Assembly: GCA_003971905.1 (NCBI GenBank)
Contig: RSEE01000048.1
Coordinates: 486,095-506,094 of the forward strand
Direction of reading: 5' to 3'
DNA: 20,000 nt
Source: Moniliella sp. 'wahieum'
Taxonomy: Eukaryota
How positions within the stretch are numbered: the first letter of the stretch is position 1; every line of letters starts with the position of its first letter. This document shows, one piece after another, positions 11,614 through 20,000 of the stretch. The position numbers and the translations under genes are program-made. The notes beneath the pieces were generated by a model. That model saw only the letters and a program-made list of their open reading frames with translations. It was not told the origin of the DNA and searched no databases.

Positions 11614-13844
11614 ACACACTGTGTTTGAGGCAGGCGTGAGGGCGAAGGGATAGAGAGAACAGTGAGAGGGTCAGGGCACTGCGAGGGGGGAGATGGTGCG
11701 CGTGGTGGCTTCAGGACTCCGGCCTACAGAATGCGCTTGCCTGGTGGTGGGGACCCTTTGTGGGTGCCCTGCAATCCTCCGTTCATTAATCATTGCCCGC
11801 GCCAACCCGCCCTGGAAATTTGTCCCAGGGGCGTAGGAGGTGGAGTGCAGTGCTTGCCAGGGTCCTGGGCATGGGATGTTAGTACTTAGTACTTGGTATA
11901 AAAAAGTTTCTCTACAGAGACCGTTTTGGACCTTATCGATTATCAAAAAGAACAAGAGTGTGGCATCGGTTCCCTCAGGCCTCAGCCTCACCTCGGTTTA
12001 GCAATTGGTGCAAGCTACGGCAAGACCGAGGATATAACCATGACAAGCAGCGCAGCATTTCTCTTGAACAAGAGGCACACGAGGATGGGTTGAACAGGAG
12101 CACAGCTAAGAGCAAAAAGAGAAAGTTGAAAGGGAAATGCATTTTGTTCAACCTCAGGAGAGGGGGGATGGACAGACGTAGACAACTTATCAAGCAGAGA
12201 AGAACTTATACGCACTGGTGAAGAGCCCAAGGATACTATGCTAGGACAAGGGGATGCTAGGACGAGTAGCTATCGGTACGAATATACTTAGCATGCCGTA
12301 TGCACGGGCAAAGACGGGCGAGCGAGCTCAGTTGAGCTTACGCGCCCCCGTTGCTTTCGCCTCCGGCCTGGTCCACCACCGAACCTATCCCCTCCCGTTT
12401 GACCTCACCCAAACGGACTAGCCAAAAACAGGCACGATGGCTCCACGGCCGTCCCTTGCTCTTCGGATAGCTGAGGCATTGATCCAGCCCAAAAAGTAAT
12501 TTACTCTCGAGGGGCGCTACTTCTTTGAGGAGTGGGTCCGCACGTAGGAGTAGAAGACCGGGTGGGCGATAATCATGGAACAAAGAACGTCGAGTAATCC
12601 GTTCGCCGGCGTGTGGGGATAGCGGCCGACGGAAGCAAGAAAGAAAGTAAAGAGGGCTAGTCGCTGTGCTAGCACCGCTTGGGACATCTCAATCATCCCT
12701 TTGCATATCACAGTCGACAGGGAAAAGGTGTACAGGAGATAACCTGCGTGGGCAAGTGGCGAATGTGTTGCTGAATTGCGTTGCCATCTCCCTCTGTCCA
12801 ACAAAAGACGGATGTGAACTCGAATTGTGGCGCGGTGCCATGTCTTCCTAGCTCGCCAGTGGGGCGCATCTTACAAGACATCCTGCTTTCACATGTGAAA
12901 GTCAGTGATGAGCAAAGACGCAATGGTGGGAACTTACGCCAACCCCTGCATGCATACCGCCGAGCAAGCTGACGCTCGTCATGCCGTTGCGCCCCTTGCC
13001 TCACATCCTTCCCTCTTACCGATATTGTCGCCCACATCGGCTCGTACCTAGGATCCTAAACCTGGAAGGGGAAAAACTGGACGAGGGGGGCGGCGTAAAA
13101 AGGTATGCTGGTGGTCTTGACGCTTCGCGCTCGGTTGAGACAAAGGGCGATCACATTTTGAACGTAGCAATGGGATGGATGGAAGGGATCAACAGCTCCT
13201 GCAAAAGAACATCTTCATGTGTACTCCTCAATCCTGCTTGCATCGAGACAGACAAGACTGAGTACTGGCTTCGGGAATCGAACTCGTCTTTGCAGCCACG
13301 AGATCGCGAAAGGGCCCACACTGGTTACGCTGCTGAGATCAGCGGGCAGCGCAGCGCCAACAACATGCTGAACATGCTAGTAGGGAGGATGCCTTCGCAC
13401 GAGGGAGAAGTGAGTAGTAGGCGCCTCGACGCCAGACCAGTAGTAATGCCAATCCTGATTATGCCCGTTTAACGGTACAAGGGCTGGGAAGAGGTCCGCG
13501 GCAATCCAGCACGCAGGGTTGGGAATGCATCCTAAGCGACGTATCCAGTGTAGGGTGAACAGTGCCGAGTCCAGCACGGTGGCTCACGTATGGTTGATGG
13601 CATGTTCAAGGGGGCGTCGCACAAAATGGAGAGGATGGGGAGTGTAGTAAGACCAGAAGAAACGCGAGAATGTGGATAGAGAACCTGAGGAGATGCAGAG
13701 CAATGTAGGGGATGACCAGTAAGCGTTAGCCGCGGCCTGCAAACGGGACGCAGGTCGCAACAGGTAGTGTGCCTCTAGCGAAGGCAGGCGGCTGGTGCAC
13801 AGGTGGGGGCGGGGCGTCGCTGCGTATTGGTGGGCAGGAGCGAC

Positions 13845-13852
13845 TGACGTCA
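13845..13852. promoter_or_regulatory. Perfect palindromic CRE TGACGTCA upstream of the carboxylesterase
   Basis: c-tgacgtca-g at 13844-13853, about 355 nt before the ATG. Confidence 0.3.
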
Positions 13853-14081
13853 GCGGTCCACCTGGTCTGCATTCCACGTTTCCATTCCAGCCGCCGAAAT
13901 TTCAGGCTTCTCACCCCGTCCGACAACCGATGGGGGGCGGAGAGCGGCGGGTGGGGTTATGCCGCGTCTGGCGAGTAGATGGCACACGCGCCCTGCATGG
14001 CTGTGTTTTATCGCCTCCGCTGTCGCCACCCACCGTCGGGCCGCAGCAACTAGGGACGCCGACGGTGCTGGCAGGGCCAGG

Positions 14082-14090
14082 TATATACAA
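14082..14090 (+). promoter_or_regulatory. TATA-like element (TATATACAA) about 120 nt upstream of the carboxylesterase ATG, followed by a C-rich leader
   Basis: An isolated AT-rich patch in GC-rich context, followed by a pyrimidine-rich leader before ATG 14207. Confidence 0.4.
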
Positions 14091-14206
14091 GCGAGCACAA
14101 CAAGATGGGTTGGGCAGCCTCCTAGAAACACACCCACTCCTCTCCCCCCCGCCTCCGCCACCGCCGCCGCCACCATCTCTCCACCCCCCCCACTTTCTCT
14201 CCCATA

Positions 14207-16113
14207 ATGCTCTCCAAGCACCTCTCCTGCCGCTTTGCGCACTCGCCATCCCCGTTCGCTCACTTCCTTGTTTCTGCTTCTGCCGTGCTGCTTGCACTTC
14301 TCCTAGCAACACACGACACTCACCTACTTGTCGCCGCCGCCGTCATTCCTCCCCCGCCCCACCCGTCTCTTTCAGACACGCCGATCGTTGATTTGGGCCA
14401 CGCACGGTACGCGGGAGTGCTCAACGCAACGGCCCAGGTGGCTAGCTGGAAAGGCATTGCTTACGCCGCTCCGCCTACCGGTTCACTCCGCTTCCTTGCC
14501 CCGACTCCCCCGCTTCATCGCCCCGCCGTCGTGGCAGCCACCGACTGGCCCGACCAATGTGTCCAAGGCAGCCCAGGCAGTCCAGGCATTGCCCCCAATA
14601 GCTCCGAAGACTGTCTTTACCTCAACATCTTTGCACCGGCCCACCATGCTCACAAGCTTCCCGTTCTCGTATGGCTCCCAGGCGGAGGTATGTGAGATGC
14701 CATCTTTTCGTTACGCCAGAGCTCTGTGGGCCTCCTCATTTCGTATTTTGCTTTGTCCAACAAGGTTTTACTCAAGGTAACGCACAGCTCGATGCGACTG
14801 ACAACGTTGTCGAAAGCAAACACAACGTGGTGATAGTTACCGTTCAATACCGTCTGGGAGCGCTCGGCTTCTTGCCAGCCTCCAACCTGACCAAGGCAGG
14901 CGCGGCGCTTAATGCAGGCTTGCTGGATCAGCGTGCGGCTCTGTCTTTCGTCCGTCGCCATATCTCCAAGTTCGGTGGCGACCCCACACAAGTCACCCTC
15001 GGCGGGCAAAGCGCTGGAGGTGGGAGCACTATCTTTCATGTTCATTCTCCAGGATCCCATGGTCTATTTCACCAAGTAGCTACAGTTTCGCCCTTTGTTC
15101 CTCATATATACCGCCCGACCGATCCTCTTCCTCAGCAAGCTCTTGCTGCCGTCGTCAACGCGACTAATTGCACCCTTCCCTTCCGGGAAACACCGGAAAA
15201 GGCCCTTGGCTGTTTGCAAAACGCTTCTGCGGAGCAACTTTTCCTAGGGAGCCTTGCCGCCCAGATACAGTACCCTCTTGGCCTGGGGGGTGGCTTCCCG
15301 TTCTTGATAATAACACTGTGTCGCAGCATCCTTCGCCTATGCTGGCCACCTCCACCTCTACACTCATGGGCGCAGTGCGATGGTTGGACACAATGCCGAG
15401 GATGGTCCGGCACTGGTGACGCAGCAGGTGACCAACGAAACGGCTTTTCAGTCCTTTGTCGCAACCATGTTCCCTCGTCTGAATACAGAGGAGCAAGCAC
15501 GTGTGCGGAGTATGTACCCGCTCGATCGGAACGTGCAGCAACTATGCCACGGACGGCTTGACCACCCACCCCTTCGCGTCCACGGTCAATAGCGCCGCTC
15601 ACGCCCATCAAGCTCGAGCAGACTTGGTATACGGAGAGGCGTTTGTGGCGTGCCCGAGCTATTGGCTAGCTAACCACTATACGAATAAGAACCGTTCGGC
15701 ATGGGTATACCAGTACTCGATTGTGCCGGCGTACCATGGTGCCGACATGCCCGCACTTTGGTCCAACGTGCACACCCTCCCTGGCCCAACGGTGGTGCCG
15801 CGGCAAGCTGATTGGCTTGGCGCACCATTCCAAGCGCTCTTCAAGCACATCTGGAACCACTATGCCATCACGGGAGAGGCCTACTCGAATGCATGGCCCC
15901 GGGACACACCATGAACCTATGCTGCTCAATCTCAACCAGACTGGCGGCCAGCCCAAACAGCTGCCCTTTTTCTCGCCCAACGCTACCGTCTCCTACTTCA
16001 CCTCCCCGGGACTGAATCCTTCCGTGTCGCATCATAAGGCCAAAGACTGGGAGGCGGGACGGTACGGACGCTGCGAGGAATGGGCCAACTTGGCCGCAAA
16101 AGCCTTCTCGTAA
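14207..16113 (+). CDS. Secreted type-B carboxylesterase/lipase (COesterase, alpha/beta hydrolase); intron 14688-14764; several apparent frameshift errors in the 3' half
   Basis: Hydrophobic N-terminal segment (FLVSASAVLLALLLA), WKGIAYAAPPTGSLRF, SEDCLYLNIF, PVLVWLPGG|GF (oxyanion hole across the intron GTATGT...AAG), VTVQYRLGALGFL, NAGLLDQRAAL, FGGDPTQVTLGGQSAGG (catalytic Ser), VGHNAEDG (acidic residue region), ACPSYWLA, AYHGADM (catalytic His), C-terminal RCEEW; TAA at 16111-16113. Confidence 0.92.
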
Positions 16114-19089
16114 CACTGGCATGATCGATAAACTCCTCGTTCCCTTTTTTGAGACTCTGTGTGTTATGGCTGATCGGATCGCCTCGGTCTTGTCCCACAT
16201 ACATGGCCACAACGGTGCAGAGGGAAACACCGCAGCTCCTCCACGGTTATTGGTGCGACGTCCATGGGTATTAGCACGAAGTGTAGAAGGTAGAGAAGTA
16301 CATCTGGATGGAGAGCGGCGGCGGGGTCACGGGTGGTTGAGCAGAGGTGAGAGTGTGTAAAGATGGGTGGTACTGTGAGGTGTAGTAGCTGCTGAATGGT
16401 TGGCGATGGGGCGGGGTCTCGGAGTGCAAGAGAGATGTAGAAGAGTCGGAGCATATGGGGGCGTGCATTGCTTTATGGGGGGAGACAGCAGCCCAGTACA
16501 AGGGCTAGTACGGGGTAATTATACTGCCCCCGCGCGTGCCCTGAGATGATATTGCCTGTGTGGCCAGTCCTGTGGATACGGAGGTATAATGCAATCGAGG
16601 GTGAAGTATGCACTGCTCGGGTGTCAGACTCTCACGCTGTGCCAGGGGGTCTTGTCCCATTATTAGTAGACCTGTAGGGGCACTGTGATGTGGTTCCTAT
16701 CAGTTCGGAGACCCTGTGTTCACCTCTCGACTGCCTCCAGTCTGTCCATAGATGTATCCACAATCTATCTGTTTCCCTTTGCTCCATCTCACGTTTCCTG
16801 ACACCGGGTGCGTGCCGAAACGCTGCCCGAGTCGCTTTCCTTAGTACCACAATATATCCCACAAGACAATATCTGCACGAGGAAGTTAAATTATACGCAC
16901 ACGTCCGAAGAGAGTCGGTATAACCACAAGTCGGCACCCTAATACGGGGAGAGTTGCAGCGTGTGGACCAAGCGCCACAGACCTTCCCACCTCAACACAG
17001 GCGATGAATGACTGACCAGCAGATGGGAGGATGCTTTGGAGGGAAGAGGCGCGGGAAAGCGCGACATGTGGCTGGCGTTGGGCAAAGGTAAAGTGATGCG
17101 AGGACTCCGGCATGCGCGCGGGTTGACCCTGGGCTGTTAGTAGCCATAACAAAGAAGGGACAATGGACACTGCTTACAGCTGATGTGAATGGGGCAATCC
17201 CCATCCTGCTCACTTGTTGACGAGATGCGGAAGATGGTGAAGGACTGACCGGTGGCGTGGCCTTTGCCGAGATGATGATGCCGATGATGATAGCACAAAT
17301 GGAAGGTTGACCAGGGGGAACGACAATGAGATGGGCACGCCATTCACCAAACCTGCGCCGCGGTTGGACGCCTTTTGCCATCGTATCGCCCCCACTTCTT
17401 TCGCCGCTCGCTTAACCCGTGGGGATCGGCGATATACACCGAGCAGTCGCATGGGATGAACGGACATGCCTGGCTTTCCCGGGATGCGGTGCCAGCACCG
17501 AGTTCCCCAAGATGAGACGCCTTAGATGAACGAAATGCACACGCAAGCACACGGCAAAGCAGCATAGACCCACTTCGGTCGAAATGGCACGCAGGCCACG
17601 AAGATGGACCAGATTGACAGCCTGGTATACCCACCAGCCTGCTTCTCTTGGTCAAGACCTGCGGTGCACAGGCGCTGGCGGAACAATGATTGTTGCGGGA
17701 CAGGCAGAACGAGACAATTCGGTAACTGACTGGGCCGGTGACAGCACAAATCGTTGAATGCACAAGGGTATACCGCAAAAGGCATATCAGGAGCTCGCCG
17801 TGTGGGCATCCGGCCTAGCGCCACCGGAGGGGGCTGAGGGTGGAGGCGGCGGGGACAAGGAGAGGAGCAACGGGAACACAGCCCTGCTGCGAGTGGCAAA
17901 CAGAAGATGCGAGGCTGAAGCTTTACCTTATCACAGCTCACAGCTACTCGCGTCCCGGATCCGTTCTACGGGCACGGGGATGACGGGCAGACAGAACAGA
18001 GCGGCATCGAATGGCCTCTGCTCCTCGGCAGCAACTTCGGGCCTTCCGTGTTGGCGCAGTCGCGGGGAGTGAGAAGTGTGCCTTGCCTTTGCCAGTGGTG
18101 CTGCCTCTGGCCAAAGCGCACAGTGGGGGCACTCCCTCCTTTGGAACTGGGCACGACTGCCGAGGGGACGTTGCTGTCGCAACAGCTGCACGAATGTGTG
18201 CGCTCCGACTGCGTCTGGCCAATGCGAATGTTAGCAATTTGGGCCGCCGCAGAAGGATACGAACCACGTACAGGTATCTCCACCAACACAATTGGCGCGC
18301 TGGACCCATCTTGGGTCGGTAAGCCCAAAGATGCGGGCACCGCGGGCAAGCACATCACGAAGGACACCCAGTAGCGGCACAACGTTTCATCCTGGAGGCC
18401 GCACACCCCCATGTCTGACCCACATTCCTCGGCTTGAGCGAGGCGATCTGCAGATGCGCCTCCCCTGATTCTTGCACCACATTGAGGCAGAAGCTGGCAA
18501 TGACTCGATCCATGACCTTATCTTGTACCCCAAATTCTTGCAACGCCTGTCCGTTGTTTTCACCGACAGCGCCCCCGGTTAACGTTGGGATGGCCCTGGT
18601 AACCGGCTCCGCCACCACCCGCGGTTGTCGTTCCCTGGCGGCGTGTTTAATCTGGTGCGGAGGCGATACTTCTGCAGATAGCAGGACGACCATTTGCTTT
18701 TCCATCGGCTATTCTCCATCGAGCGTATTCGCACCTGGTTATCGCACTGGTCAGCACATTACAGCACAGTAAGGCTTGGGTGGTTTCGTACATGATGAAT
18801 GAATAGTGGGTACATCGTGCAACAATGTGAAAAAGCATTTGCACGTCTGGCACCTGGGCGTGATAGTAAGGCAGAAGGGAAGGCGGGGGCGGGATAGGCG
18901 ATGGAGACATGCATCAGAAGCGGACTGACGAGGTGCCACACCGCGTAACAGTGTGCCTTAATGGCAGCGTCAATCCTGTCTTGGCCGCGCCACCACCACG
19001 TGGGACATGAGCGATATGAGCCCAGTCTCATCAGGGTACGAGCGGTCCCATTGCAATGGAAGGTGCCATATCCAAACCCACCTTACCAG

Positions 19090-19370
19090 TAGCTGCCGAT
19101 AGGACGAACCGGAATATCACCACTGATGGCACCCGAAAGCCTGAGCCACCCATACAGGCTGGTAAGGAGAAATTAGCTTTGTCCCACTTGTGAACGTCCG
19201 CATCGCTCGGATGCGCCACCCTGATTGCCTTTACCTTAAATCAGAGCTGTTGGAGAATCTGGTTGACGCGGACCGCCAGATCCTCCGTCCTCATTGAACA
19301 GCGGATGCCGAAGTTTGGCTGCAGAGCGACCCGCAACAAAGCAGGCGGTCCTGTAGCGGCAACCCTAGAC
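19090..19370 (-). mobile_element. Degenerate fragment resembling the post-RT (thumb) region of a CRE-clade, Cnl1/MoTeR-like telomere-associated non-LTR retrotransposon
   Basis: With small indel corrections the minus strand reads LPLQDRLL-LRVALQPN(L)RH..CSMRTEDLAVRVNQILQQL*FKVKAIRVAHPSDADVHKWDKANFSLPACMGGSGF. The LP.Q..LLLLR...Q.NLRH and LP...GG[L]G motifs, with this spacing, match my recollection of fungal CRE-clade ORFs. The in-frame TGA is at 19241-19243. No RT core or endonuclease motif was found. Confidence 0.55.
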
Positions 19371-19810
19371 ATATGTTCATTGATACATCTGGTATGAGTG
19401 ACCGATGAAACGATCACCGGAGCCTTCAAACTGCACTAGTGTCGATTTGAGGCTCTTTTCAGCCTGCACCTGGTACGAATCGCGGCTCTAACCGCTGACT
19501 CCCGATCGGTGACAGGCCTGACGTGACGACGCTCCGTCCCGCCGGCCTGACCCGTGACCACCCACCGTGACCAGCATTAATTAAATAGCAACGCCGCCGC
19601 CGCGCGCCGCCCGCCGCCGCGACCACCGCCACCACCATGCCGAAGGCCGTCCCCACCACCTACCACCACCACCCACGCAAAATATTTTTTTTCAGCACAC
19701 CTCCTGATCTACCTGGCAGACGCCATATTCGGTGTCCTTTGGGGCATAGCCCAACCTTGATGTAGTACTCGGTCCTGAGGCCATCGGAGGGTGGGTGTTG
19801 TGGGTCGGGG

Positions 19811-19826
19811 TAGGTTAGGGTTAGGG
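19811..19826 (+). repeat. Interstitial telomeric tract TAGG(TTAGGG)2
   Basis: Read directly: tagg ttaggg ttaggg, same orientation as the terminal tract and about 146 nt proximal to it. Confidence 0.8.
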
Positions 19827-19972
19827 ATGGGTGGGTGTAACTTGTCAACGGTGCGTCGGATGGGAAATCTGAGGCCATATGCTGCAACGAGCGGACGATT
19901 TCGTAGCGAGCTATCGCCTCGGCATAACTCTCTCCCCTTCGGGTAGCTCGCTATCTACCCTCGGCCCTCCCC

Positions 19973-20000
19973 TAGGGTTAGGGTTAGGGTTAGGGTTAGG
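19973..20000 (+). repeat. Telomeric repeat (TTAGGG)n, probable chromosome end
   Basis: TAGGG TTAGGG TTAGGG TTAGGG TTAGG running to the end of the window, with the G-rich strand oriented 5'->3' outward as expected for a right telomere. Confidence 0.9.

Noticed and set aside
12905..12973. Possible C/D box snoRNA (GTGATGA ... CTGA)
   Set aside because: No flanking stem in the correct register and no identifiable rRNA complementarity. The motifs are short enough to occur by chance.
12981..13472. 163-aa ORF as a real gene
   Set aside because: No recognisable motif and lacks the strong GC3 codon bias of the true genes.

Overview
GC-rich, intron-poor fungal nuclear DNA, most likely a basidiomycete of the Ustilaginomycotina type. 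This is inferred from short 70-83 nt introns with CTRAC branch points, a Zn2Cys6 factor and TTAGGG repeats. The window runs into what looks like a chromosome end. Gene order: Zn(II)2Cys6 transcription factor (-, cut by the window start), RAD16 SNF2/RING helicase (-), dynactin p27/DCTN6 (-), triosephosphate isomerase (+), a DJ-1/PfpI protein of bacterial-type sequence with one intron (+), dynactin p25/DCTN5 (-), and a secreted type-B carboxylesterase (+). About 3.9 kb of gene-free subtelomere follows. It holds a decayed fragment resembling a CRE-clade (Cnl1/MoTeR-like) telomeric non-LTR retrotransposon, an interstitial TTAGGG tract and the terminal TTAGGG repeats. Most genes carry 1-2 nt deletions, best explained as long-read consensus errors. 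Most notable: (i) the two partner dynactin subunits p27 and p25 lie about 3.9 kb apart; (ii) between them, TPI, a methylglyoxal source, is directly followed by a likely horizontally acquired glyoxalase-III-like DJ-1/PfpI gene; (iii) the retroelement relic at the telomere. All family assignments come from motif recognition; no searches were run.
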